Positions 37,060-48,226 of a stretch of DNA of 64,000 nt are shown here, piece after piece. This stretch comes from Gekko japonicus. Lineage: Eukaryota. The notes below the pieces were generated by a model. The model worked only from the letters and a program-made list of their open reading frames with translations. It was not told where the DNA came from and did not search any database. Location: positions 128,304-192,303 of the forward strand of contig NW_015167096.1 of the NCBI RefSeq assembly GCF_001447785.1. Reading direction: 5' to 3'. A program made the translations under genes and the position numbers. Each line of letters begins with the position of its first letter. Positions within the stretch are counted from its first letter, which is position 1.

Positions 37060-37560
37060 GCTATAAGTGAGCATTAAAAGGCCAAATCATTCTTATCCAG
37101 ATAAACGGGATTTTGTGGTAATGTGGTCCTGACCTTTTTTATAGTGACAATCTGACATTAATTTTGAAGGATCATATATTCCCGTCAGCTGTCGTTGCGA
37201 GGCATATAATGGGATTGCAAGTAGGTCCGTGCGTTCCGAGACTCCACTTACAGCTTAACATGCTTGGTACAAATACGAGGAGGCTCCTTCTCTCACTCAC
37301 TCTCTCTCTAAAAAAAATTTTTTTTCACCAGCTTGACAGTTTTTCAAACATATTCACTGTGAGCCCCTAACAACCTGTCAACAACTGCCATTATGTGAAA
37401 ATTGCAGAAGCTGGTTTGAGCACTGTGAAAAGTGACAGACATGCCACAAGGATAAAGTTCCTCAGAAATGGAGGGCGAAAACTTTTGAAAGCTTGCCCTT
37501 CCAAGTCAAAATGAACAGTCAGATATTTGAAAAAAACATACACTTGTCATATCTGATATC
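37060..37560. promoter_or_regulatory. Candidate conserved non-coding element
   Basis: Repeat-free, CpG-retaining block with several TGACAG/CTGTCA/TGACA, GATAA and TAAT motifs; conservation not tested. Confidence 0.35.
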
Positions 37561-38726
37561 TATTTCACTCTACCCTCCCTCCCCACCCCTAACTGCCACC
37601 ACCTTACACTGAGGTGTATATGAAGGAACAGAGCATGGCTTAAGACACAGTGTTCTGGGGTGACTAGAATTTTGTGGTATGTGGTTTTATCCCCTCATCT
37701 GTTCAGTCCAACAAAATTAAATGAAGGCCAGTTGAAATTGTGTTTCATTGTGGATCAGGTTGCTAGGGATGAATGACTATTGCCCCCCCCCCCCTTTTTG
37801 TACTGTTTACCGACATCGTATGACTGTTATGTGTAGTTTGCATGGGATTGATTTTGGCATCATTTGTACATATATAAATATTGTGCTAATTTATTGGTGC
37901 ACAAATGATGCTGAACAGTGTGTATGTTTTATATGAAGAGAAAATGTTAAGGAAAATCACAGGTCCACTTTCTATGAAGAAGTGAATATTAAATGGGAAT
38001 AGTTGGCTTGAAGCAGCAAGCTTGAGAATTTCAAAATAACCTCTATTGGTTTGCTTCGTCTAGCCACCCTGGTTCATATCATCAGGGTGTATTCCAGAGG
38101 TCCTCAGCCTTATTGATCCCATTGTGTATTTTTGGAATTTTGAGAATGGGTAGTGGAGATCAGTCACAAAATGGCTGCTGTGGGATTCTGGGGCCATTCA
38201 CAAAATGCTGGATGGTTGCAAACCAAGCATCCTCCTTTGAGGGAACCTGCTGCTTCCTAATGGCCATTCCTGCAGACCCAAAGGTGATGCCTCCTGAGTT
38301 CCAGTAATGTGGAAGAAAACCAGGACTGGTCCTTTACTTTGGTGAAGAAGCAAGAGAGCACCAGGACTTTATGGGAGCCATGGAGCTGCTGGACCTCTGT
38401 GTCACTTTGTTCTCTCTTCCTCGTGACATTTAGGCACAATGTCTGATCTGACATCATTGTGCTATACATTACCACACCCTTATGGTAAAGAATGATGTCA
38501 AGTGGCAACATACAGCTCAATGACTTGTCATGTCACATATTGGGTTAGATTTATGACACCATGATTTCTTCTAATTTTGCCTACTGGGGAGATATTAGGA
38601 AGACTTAAAAAAAAGGTTAATGAGCAGATGTTCAAATTTCAGCCTGAATTGATATTTATATGTATATACAAATATTTATGCATATAATTGAAATATAATA
38701 ATTAATGTGATTTGGTGATGGTGGAG

Positions 38727-38930
38727 TGTCATCAAATCACAGCCAGCTTGGTGACCCCATAGGGTTTTCAAGGCAAGAGATGTTCAGAGATGATTTACCA
38801 TTGCCTGGCTCTGTGTCGTGACCCTGGACTTCCATGGTGGTCTCCCATCCAAGTATGAACCAGGGCTGACCTGGTCAGCTTCCAAGATCTGATGAGATAG
38901 AGCTATCCTGGATTGTCCGGGTCAGGGCAC
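38727..38930 (-). mobile_element. 5S-derived SINE
   Basis: ggtggtctcccatccaagta...agatctgatgagat. Confidence 0.8.
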
Positions 38931-39000
38931 AATGCTGATTTACTGACACACAGATAATGGTGCATACATGTTCAGGGGAAGAATTTAGTGTAAAGAGACA

Positions 39001-39340
39001 GAAAAAAAAACCCTATGTGAAATGGGGGCTACAGTGTGGAGGAGAGTTAATTGAGATTAAGAGGAAAAGCTAGTAGAATCCAACTCTTTGATTTGCACAA
39101 AGTCTACGCTTTGGGCTCAAAGTACCTTCATGAAAAAAAGCCATGTGAAATAAGGACTGCAATGAGGAGGAGAGTGAGTGAGATTAAAAGTTAATTGGCG
39201 CCAACCCTTTGATTGATACAAGGGCTAACCTGGGGCCCCAAGGACCTGCCTGAAAAAAGGTTATTTGAACTGGGAGTTGCAGGGAGGAAAGGAAGTGAGA
39301 CTAAGCTGGTTGGATCCAGCCCTTTGATTTGCACGAAGGA
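39001..39340. repeat. Degenerate tandem repeat, ~3 units of 120-130 bp
   Basis: gaaaaaa..at(g/t)tgaa...gagg...tgaga(t/c)taa...cca.c.ctttgatt recurs at ~39001, 39132, 39252. Confidence 0.65.
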
Positions 39341-40333
39341 GATGCAAAATTAAAACAGGGGTTTAGGGATTGAAAGAGCTTGTGTGAGCAATTGATGCAC
39401 TTTGGTACTAACTTCCAAACTCTGGGCAGCTGTGCTGCAGGATTCATTCTACTGCTAAATCCCCAAACCAAGAAACAAAGTGCCTTCCTCTGAAAAGCCC
39501 AGAAAACTGTGTGCCAGAATGGGACTCCCTTTCTGGAAAGCCATAAAGCAACAAGAGTTTGTCTGCAAAAACTTACACTTTGATGTGTGTTCCGATCACC
39601 TAGTTAGCCGCTCATCTCCCCTTGCACAGCTTGACTTTAACTAATCCCTCTGCGGAGTTTTCCAGTGACATGCCTAGCTTGTCTGCCGTAGCCAGTCAGA
39701 CTTTGACATGGCGTGTACTTGATCTGGGGCTGGTAGTTTCATTGCAGACATGGCTCATGCAAATGGGTCTGGCAGCTGAGAAAGTACAGGCAGGAAGAAA
39801 AGTGCACAAGCAGGGATTCTTGGTTTCTCTCTTCAAACCAGATCTATCACACGGCTCCCGCTGGCTGTTTGAAGAGTCAGAGAAGCCAAAGAGAATTTCA
39901 TTGCATTCATTGAAGGAGGGGGCCTGTGGTCACAGGAAAAATCCATAAGATTTGCCTGGGTGTACCCCTGTGATAGCACTGAATGTACAAATGGAGGCTT
40001 TCCAGATTTTAATGTGGTGTCTTTATATGAGATCATACATGATATTATTTTGATTTTCTTAGGCTGTAAGCATTGCAACTGATATTTTTTTTTGTAAGCT
40101 TCCTATATCTCCTTTTTCAGCCTTGGCCTCGAAGAATGTATTTATATTTACCTCTAACAATGTCTTCTGCTACTTTTAAATACTATGTTGGTTCTATTTT
40201 TCCCCCCTTCAACAATACAGTGGTATCGGTATCTTTTTGTCTGAAACTGAGGAGCATGAAGTCAAGAATTGTCCTGCTGGTTGACAAGGGTGATTAGTTG
40301 AGAGAATCAGAATTTTTCATTTAGTGTTTCCAT

Positions 40334-40817
40334 GGCTGCGGTCACACGGAGCATTAGGCACGCTAGAGGGACGGAAGATAGGCGGATTTTCCGGGCGCGA
40401 TCTCACCACCACATCTGGGAAGTGTCGAGCTCCCGTGGCGAACCCAAGGCTTCCTGCGGAAGATGCACGGTAAAAAGCTAGTACCTCGGAGGTACTAGTT
40501 TTCTGAAACCGCGGGGCAAGGGCGGGCGTCTGATCACGTTTCTGGTGGTATTTCCGGTGCCCGCCCATGTCCCCTCGCAAAAAGGTGTTTTTTTTCCAAA
40601 GTCTCCACGGATGCGCACAAGCACCCAAGGGAGCATGCGCACATTTGAGTTAAAAAACCCCCAACCCCATTTGCCCCGCGCCCCGCTTCTTTGCCGCACC
40701 GCAGGACTGTGGAGTGATCGGCACCTCCCCCCTACCACGGGACCTCCACGGTAGGTCTGCTCGGGGCAAACAGCCACGCTCCCCCCCCCACATTTTCCTG
40801 CCCGTGTGCCCACAGCC
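40334..40817. mobile_element. PIF/Harbinger-like MITE (same family as 59641)
   Basis: TIR ggctgcggtcacacgg / ccgtgtgcccacagcc; internal palindrome ctagtacctcggaggtactag. Confidence 0.85.
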
Positions 40818-41604
40818 ACGTTTGTTTTAGAACTCCTACTCGTTCTCCATAGACAGGCATTCATCATGATCATGAATCTACAGATGGGAAGTATGACAGC
40901 CGCATGATCAGCACACTCATAGGATGTGGACTGTACCACATTATATTGCAGCGAAGGGGGAAGAATGACCTATTTAATATTTTGCCTCTCTGGATATAGA
41001 AAACTAACTTACTGAGGACCAGGCTAGCCAGGCTAAAATAATTCTTTTTTCTGAGGAAAAATCTTTGTGGGAATTGTTTATACATGTAATCCCTTCCCCC
41101 CTGCTGTCTGATGGGGCATTCCAAGAAATTGAATGCTGATCATAGAATTTGACTGTGAGGCACCAAGAAACAAGGTCAGTTTCCAAGATGTGTGTGGCAC
41201 ATGGATGGCATGGTAGAACATGTTACATCAGCCCTAGCTATAGCTCTGCTACCCAAGAAATTTCATGGCTGAGTAGACCTTCGAACCCAGACCTTCATGG
41301 ACCAAGGCAAGCATTCTATCCAGCACTACACACTCGCCTATTTTTTTCGGCCTATCTTTTTGTTCCTGCTCACAGGGACAAGTAATAATTTTGCTGAATG
41401 ACTGTATTTTAATATTCTTCAAAGGGATGAATTATTGTGGATTTCACATTTTTAAAAAAAGTTATCACAATAGTCTTTGACTCACTAACAATGAATCATG
41501 AGCTGTATGTTCTACTCATTTTCTCTCTTTTTGTGTGTGGCAAGCCTACATTGTATCCCTCACAGTTTAAAGTGGGAGAGTCTAGATAGAGGCTTACCAC
41601 TACA

Positions 41605-41849
41605 GCTGCCAGCCTCCAGGTGGGACCAGGGGACCCCCTGGAATTACAGCTCATCTTCAGACTAGAGAGATCAGTTCCCCTGGAGAAAATGGATGCTTTG
41701 GAGGGTGGACTCGATGGCACTGTTCCCACTGAAGTCTCTGTCCTCCCCAGGCTCCATCCCCAAATCTCCAGGAGCTTCCCAACCTGGATCTGGCAACTCT
41801 CCCTGCCGGTGGCTGGGGGTGAGGTGGGGGGAGAGACCTAGCAACCCTG
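41605..41849. mobile_element. hAT Blackjack-like MITE (33380 family)
   Basis: Homology to 33380-33598; ends agcaaccctg; further fragments at ~57472-57569 and 57775-57940. Confidence 0.8.
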
Positions 41850-41953
41850 CTTAACATTTTATCTTCTATATGTTGTCGAAGGTTTTCACGGCCGGAGTTC
41901 GTTAGTTGTTGTAGATTTTCCGGGTTGTGTGAGCGTGGTCTTGGCATTGTAGA

Positions 41954-41996
41954 ACCTGACGTTTCGCCAGTAGCTGTGACTGGCATCCTCAGAGGT
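41954..41996 (-). ncRNA. Minimal type I hammerhead ribozyme (mirror copy)
   Basis: Exact reverse complement of 42074-42116. Confidence 0.85.
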
Positions 41997-42073
41997 ATAA
42001 CACAGAAAGATGGAGTACTCTCTGTGTCAAGGTGAGAAGAAGACACAGAGAATACTCCATCTTTCTGTGTTAT

Positions 42074-42116
42074 ACCTCTGAGGATGCCAGTCACAGCTAC
42101 TGGCGAAACGTCAGGT
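42074..42116 (+). ncRNA. Minimal type I hammerhead ribozyme
   Basis: ACCU CUGAGGA U GCCAGU-CACAGCU-ACUGGC GAAAC GUC AGGU: intact core, 6-bp stem II, 4-bp stem I, palindromic (ACGU) stem III; predicted cleavage after 42112. Confidence 0.85.
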
Positions 42117-42507
42117 TCTACAATGCCAAGACCTTGGCCATACAACCTGGAAAATCTACAGCAACTTTATCTTCTGCTTTTGAGAAGTAGGCTCTAATTG
42201 CTACCTTGCAAATATGGGAGAAACTGGTGAGTTTTGGCCTGAGCTCTGTCCATTTTTTGAACCATTCACAGAAATCAGAAATCTAATACCAGACTTGCAG
42301 GGACAATTTCTTCCTTCCATGGCAGTCCCCTACAGTGTTGTATCTGTGTGTGTGTGGGGGGGGGGGCTGAAATGACTTGTGAGAGGAATCAGTGACAAAA
42401 ATCCCCCCTCACCTGCAGAAAGTGTAGGCAGGATCCAAACCCATATAGATTACATAAAAGCTGTACATCATATATGCACAATGAAATGAATCTACAAAAC
42501 TTGCAGC

Positions 42508-42936
42508 CAGAGGTCATTTCGGGGGGGATTGCGGGGGATCGCAGTTCCCCCAGGTGAGGTACAGGGGGCAGGGCACATGACGAAGCCCCGCCCCTGCTTC
42601 CGGCCGCCCCGCTTCCAGCCCTCATTCAGCCAGGAGGAGGCAGGAGAAGAGGGAGGGTAAGTTGCTTCCTCCCTGCCTCTCCCCACCCCTGCCTGCCTGG
42701 GGCCAGGGAGGGCCGTTGCGGGGCTTCCTTGCACTCCCACCGGCCTTGCAGGTCCACCACCGGGCCCCTCACGGGGCTTGGCAGTGGAGCTGCAAGGCCG
42801 GCAGCGGCGGCCGGGACCGTTGGGGGCGGGGTGTGTGGCCTTATGACACACTTCCGGTGATGTCAGGGGGTGTGGCATATGCTAATGAGTTATGCTAATG
42901 AGTTCCCCTAGCTCTTTTTCTATGAAACGACCCCTG
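42508..42936 (+). mobile_element. hAT MITE, family B
   Basis: Perfect TSD cttgcagc; longer sister of 18108-18479. Confidence 0.95.
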
Positions 42937-42987
42937 CTTGCAGCAGAAAACATAGAATTAAAACTGTGGTCAAAAGTGTAAGACACA

Positions 42988-43190
42988 GCCTTGACCTGGA
43001 TAGCCCAGGCAAGCCCAATCTCGTCAGATACTCAGAAGCTAAGCAGAGCAAATACTTGGATGGGAGACCTATTTGAAATATCAGGGAATAACAGGGCCGG
43101 TGATGCAGAGGCAGGTTATCAAGCCACCTCTCTGAAATGTCCTAGCCCTTCTAGGGGTCGCCAGAAGTCACCATAACTTCCAGGCTTGCA
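42988..43190 (+). mobile_element. 5S-derived SINE
   Basis: gcccaatctcgtcagat..cagaagctaagcag...tacttggatgggagacc. Confidence 0.8.
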
Positions 43191-44391
43191 AGCAAACACA
43201 CACACAATACTCACCAAAAAAAAATTGTAAGAAACAAAATGGGGACAGTTTTTCCTTTGTGGGCTAAATGTTTCGAATGGACTTGTGCACTAAGAAAATT
43301 AGAAGTAGGGTGATTACGGCCGGTTTGTGGAATTGCCACAATGCAATAAAAATAATTGGTTTCAAATAATGATCTTTGATTTGGTACCAAAGTATCTTAA
43401 TTATCACTGTAGGTGTTCTTTTCTTCTATCCCTCCCCCCTCCCCCTAATCAGTAGTTAATTTAAGTGCAACTGAATTGAGACAGCGACTTCATATTCAGA
43501 TAATTATCTGGGCCTAACCTCAACCCCAGGATGGCATTTAGATTTTATGTCCCTCTTACAAATGATTGCACACTTCAGTTACCAGATGGAATAATCTAAG
43601 CAAGGAATTAGAAAGGACAATGGGTTGTTCTTATACAGCCTGGATACCCCTTGTGTCATTGAGTATATAAAACTCTATAAAAGTAAGGGGGAAAAATCGA
43701 TGGAAGTAGGCCATACTGGTATACTTGGTGGGCTCTGTTGTGGTGGGCTGATTGCATAAGGTATTATGTGTGAAAGTTTGGGTTCTCTTGAAGAGGTATG
43801 CTCAACAGGGCATGAGCCCAAGACTCACTCCCCATAGCTGCTCCATGAATTAACCTGCCAGAGTTAACCAGCCTTGCAATTTGGGGCAGAGGAAGAATCA
43901 ACACCTCCTGATCTGGATGAAGACAGGACATTAAAAAGTTGTCTATCTGCATGTTTACTCATAAGTAAACCCCTTTAAATCCAGTGGGTCTTAAATCTGA
44001 AGAAATGCATTTACAATTGTAGCCTCAAGTGTTAATCCGTTCATCCTGTACCTTTCATGGTACAGGAATCATTTCGGGTATATCGGAAAGGGATAAGCTA
44101 AATAAACACCCCTTGCACGTCAGTACACAATAAAGTTGTTTTGGGCTTCCTAAATATCTTTAACATCTTTTTTTTTTTGGTGAGGAAAACCTAAATATTA
44201 CTTTGCCAAGATGAAAGCATGAAATATGTAGTAATGGATTTCCAGATTCCTTTTCTATGCAACTGAATATTTGCCAAACTGAATCTTTGCTCAGCTCTAC
44301 AGCAGATTTTAGACATCAATGGGCTCTGCTACATTTAGAGGTTTCCCTGGGTTTCACAAATGTAATTTTCCAGTTAGAAGGGAAGGTGGCA

Positions 44392-44565
44392 TGATATAGC
44401 TCATTCTTGTGAGATCTCAGAAGCCAAGCAGGGTCCGTACTTGGAAGAGAAGCCACCAAGGAAGACTCTGCAGAGGAAGGCAATGGCAAACTGCTTCTCA
44501 CTTGCCTTGGAAACCCCTTGCTGGGGTCACCATAAGCTAGCTGTGACTTGATGGCAGTTTACACA
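44392..44565 (+). mobile_element. 5S-derived SINE variant
   Basis: gatctcagaagccaagcagggtccgtacttgga plus family tail. Confidence 0.7.
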
Positions 44566-44960
44566 CAGAAACATACTCTTTTAATCTGAAAGTTCCTATT
44601 TCAGCCCTGGTTTCATGTGTTGGTCTGCTATAGCCAAAATAACAAAGAGGCTTATGATACCCTAAAGACTAGCACATTGTGCCAAAAGCTTTCATAAGAC
44701 AGGGCTTGCTTCATCAGGCACATGAAGTGTCACATCCAGTTGGCAGGGTGATCAGTACCTAAAGCTACAAACAGCAGAAGGATAGGAATGTATTACAAAC
44801 AGTGGTTAGAAGGCCGCAAAAGAAATTTCAAGTTTTTAGTACACCATTTGATTTGATTTTACATTGCCAGTTCATGAACCATTGGGAGTAGACTGCACCT
44901 TCTCTGAATGGATTGTGCTCTCTTGACCAGATCTGCTGTTCATTTGTTCTCTGCTGTAAT

Positions 44961-45272
44961 TAGGGTTGCCAAGTTGAAATATCTCCTTACTGGGGGACTC
45001 CCACACCGCGGCTGGAGTGGAAGTGATGTGACGACCCGGAAGTGACGTGACATGACGACCCGGAAGTGACATGATGCCGCCGGGCACACTGAGGGCGGGG
45101 CCACGACCATCCGAGGGGAAACCCGCCCCCAGCATGCCCGGCTTGGTCGCGTCACTTCCGGGTGACGCGCACGTCGGGGTGGGGTTCCCCCTGGGGCCCG
45201 ATCCGCTGGCGGCGGGGAACAGGCCTCTGGGGCGGGGGTTTCCTCGCCCCCCGGGGGGACTTGGGAAGCCTA
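44961..45272. mobile_element. hAT Blackjack-like CpG-rich MITE
   Basis: tagggttgccaag / cttgggaagccta; perfect TSD gctgtaat; three CCGGAAGTGA motifs. Confidence 0.95.
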
Positions 45273-45565
45273 GCTGTAATGTAACACACCTTGTCTGGGG
45301 AAACAGGGCCTTCTGAACTTTATTTCTAATAATCCCCCCCACCCTTTTTCTTCTTGTGGCTTAAGTTGAAACCTTGACTATCAGTACTTCAGTACAAAAC
45401 TTGACCCTTCCCCAACTGCTGTCCTTTTCATCACTGCCTCATCTTAAAAAACAAAACAACCCCCCCCCCCAAGCACTTATCTTCTCCAGAAGTATGGAAG
45501 GGATCCACTATTGGATTTTCCCTCAGTGCCCCCCCATTTCTTTCCCTTTTTTGTGGAGTTTTATC

Positions 45566-46005
45566 TAGGTGGCAGGGGGCACCCTCCTCCTATGATGGCG
45601 TGTGGCAGGAGTGGCGGTGGCAGTGGCGGAGCAGTTGGCGACCCAGTGACGTTGGGCGGCGACTGAGGCCGGATGGAGGCGGAGCTGTGGTGGCGTGGCG
45701 GCGTGACGACGCAGCACGGCGGAGCCTGAAGGGACGAAAGCCGGAGCTGCGGTTGGTGCGCCGGAGGAATCCATCAGAAGCCCACCAGAAGAAGTCGTCA
45801 ACCCATCCTAGGGCGCCAGGAATAACATCTGAAGTCTGCCTGAATACACTAACAGAACACGCAACCTGGGTGCTGGTAGGCGGTCCCGCCCCCCATACAA
45901 AATTGTGGCCCTAGGTAGGAATTAAAAAGTATATGTAAACCGCTCAGAGACCCTTCGGGGTCAAGAGCGGTATATAAATTGAAAGTAAATAAATAAATAA
46001 ATAAA
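45566..46005 (+). mobile_element. 5'-truncated relative of the composite SINE at 22928
   Basis: Shares taggtg.cagggggcaccc, ttggcgac, cgtgacgacgca, ggagcc, gctggtagg, tggccctag.tagga and the tgtaaaccgctcagag...gagcggt...(TAAA)n tail. Confidence 0.75.
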
Positions 46006-47335
46006 ATCTATGTGCTCATGCAACATGGTAAGATAAGTAGGAGTTGAAAGCTACAGCAAACCACATACAAACTAAACATGGATGTACAAAATGGATTACC
46101 AGAGAATTCCTAGTATATTTGTGAAGGGCCGGTTCAAGGTATTTGGTTGTCTTGAGCAAGGAATACACATTCCCATCCTGGGCCCAGGCAAAGCTCTTCC
46201 TGTCCATTGGGGCCATCTTCATTGTGCTCCCCTAAGTTGTGGCTTGGGCAGCTTTGCCAGAAAACCAGCCTAGCATATTTGTTCCATTTCAGAAACAATA
46301 GGCTTCTCTATTACCCAGGCTCTCTGGAGAATTCCTTGCCCCAGCCCTAATCTTCTGCTGTTGAAAAATTGAGGAGCAATGCTCTAGGAATTTCTCCATG
46401 TCTCTGTGGTCTTTACCATAGAGAGTAGGGTAAATTCCTACTGAATCACCTGGAAGTTACATCACATCTTTTCTAAACTCCACCCTTCGCAGGCACTGCT
46501 TCTAAAACTTTTTGACATTTGCCTAGGCAGTGCTGGGGACTCTAGAAACAAGTTCTGGTAATTTGAAACTCTGGGAAGAAAATGAATTTTATAAACATCT
46601 TGACTTGGGATTGGATACTAAAAAGGTCTTTCCCAAAAATGTCATAAGGCTGGACTTTCTTAATTGTGTATTATTCAAAAACATTTTTGCACGATGAAGG
46701 ACTCTAGGAGCACAAAGTCTGGATGTTTGCAGATGTTCCTTGACACCATACAGACACAATCCCTTAGCAGTGAATTACTGAAACCAATCCTGAACTTGAG
46801 CTGAACACCCCCCCCCCTCAGTTTTCTCTTCTTGTTTGTATGCGAGCAACAGTCAACCTTGTATGGTAGAGCAGTAAACAAGACGTATGCATCTTTTTAC
46901 CTCTTTTGTAGCCCCGCAGGATAACAGCAGTGAAGCTCTCAGGACACGCGCAGCCGCTGAACAAGTCAAAGAGTATTTTAAATACCAGAACACGAAGCTT
47001 TTCAGAAAGAGATGACAGAAGCATATGTTAGGGGGTGCCCTGGGAATTCCATAAAACATCAATGGAAACCAGGTTTGAATATATTTTGTACCGCTCATTT
47101 TATTGACAGGCTGTCCTAACTGAGCAAGGGGGGGGGGGAGACATAAAACCATAAACCACAACAGCAAACCAAAATAAATTGCTGCCAGGCTACTAGGTCA
47201 ATACTAGTCTCACGATGGTCTGCTAATACACATTAGATTCCTGTAAGGACAACGAAGGGCAATCTAATTCAGAGTGGGGTCAGTTCCCACAAGCAATTTA
47301 TCCTACAGGCAAGTAGCCACAGCTGGCCTTACCCA

Positions 47336-47730
47336 CAGGGCTATTTTTGGGCAGGAACGCACAGGAACGGAGTTCCGGCTGGCTCCCAAGTTGGCCACCC
47401 CCAGCAGGAACTCATTAGCATAATAGGCCACACCCAACAGCAGAAACTCATTAGGATTGGCTACATTAGGGGTGTGTGGCCTAACATGCAAAGGAGTTCC
47501 AGCTACAAAAAAGCCCTGGGTTTTGACAACAAACAAGGTAAACAGAATAACAAGCAAAAGGTGCGTGTGGCTGGATAACCACACTTCTGGTAACATGGGG
47601 GTGTGTCCTAATGTGCTAATGAGCTGTGCCGGCAGGGGCGTGGCCTAATATGCTAATGAATTTCTGGTGTTGGGTGTGGCCTATTATGCTAATGAGTTCC
47701 TGCTGGGTTTTTTCTACAAAAAGAGCCCTG
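47336..47730 (+). mobile_element. Composite hAT MITE with two right ends
   Basis: cagggctattttt ... internal aaaaagccctg (ends 47518) ... terminal aaaaagagccctg; perfect TSD cttaccca around the whole unit. Confidence 0.85.
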
Positions 47731-48103
47731 CTTACCCATATATGTGCCCTCAAACACATGAAGAAATGTGTGATCCAGGATGTACTCATGTGCAACAGCA
47801 ACCATTCCCATGATGGTAGTGATACGATTTGTGAAATGATCGCAACCTATCAAGTGTGTTATGACCCAGTCCTTCCTCCAAGGAGCAGAAGGCACAGCAC
47901 ATGTAGTTCTTCTTTTTCAGTTTTCTTCTCCCCAAAACCCTGTGAGGTAGCTTAGGCAGGAGCAAACGAAACTGAAAGATGACAGCTACTGCTCAACTGC
48001 AAAGCTGTTCAGCGACTGCTCGAGTTGGGTCATGGCAAAGTATGGCCATTGATTTAAATGGGAAGAATGGAGCATCTCTACGCTGCACTGCCCCTGTATT
48101 CCG

Positions 48104-48226
48104 TTGCTGTAAGCATTCTGTTTTCAGCCTGTCTTTTTTCTTCTTCTGGTATTCAGCCAATGAAAACAATTGCTGTAAGCAGTCTGTTTTCAGCCTGTCT
48201 TCTTCTGGTATTCAGCCAATGAAAAC
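48104..48226. repeat. Tandem duplication (~60-bp unit)
   Basis: ttgctgtaagca(t/g)tctgttttcagcctgtc...ttctggtattcagccaatgaaaaca twice. Confidence 0.9.

Larger units (their letters stand above)
41868..42165. mobile_element. Fold-back Penelope-like pLTR insertion
   Basis: 124-bp inverted arms 41905-42028 / 42042-42165 with a 13-nt loop; 10-bp TSD tttatcttct (41858-41867, 42166-42175). Confidence 0.9.

Noticed and set aside
40478-40939. GC-rich ORFs of 100-160 aa (also 41657-42145, 44872-45342, 49459-49824, 59633-60076)
   Set aside because: They lie within MITEs or palindromes; stop-poor because of GC content; no domain motifs
44670-44720. Minus-strand CUGAUGA...GAAAGCUU remnant
   Set aside because: Stem II is disrupted; decayed Penelope pLTR fragment, not a credible ribozyme
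45722-45745. cctgaagggacgaaagcc as a hammerhead core
   Set aside because: CUGAAGG lacks the conserved A, there is no stem II, and no matching stem I or cleavage triplet
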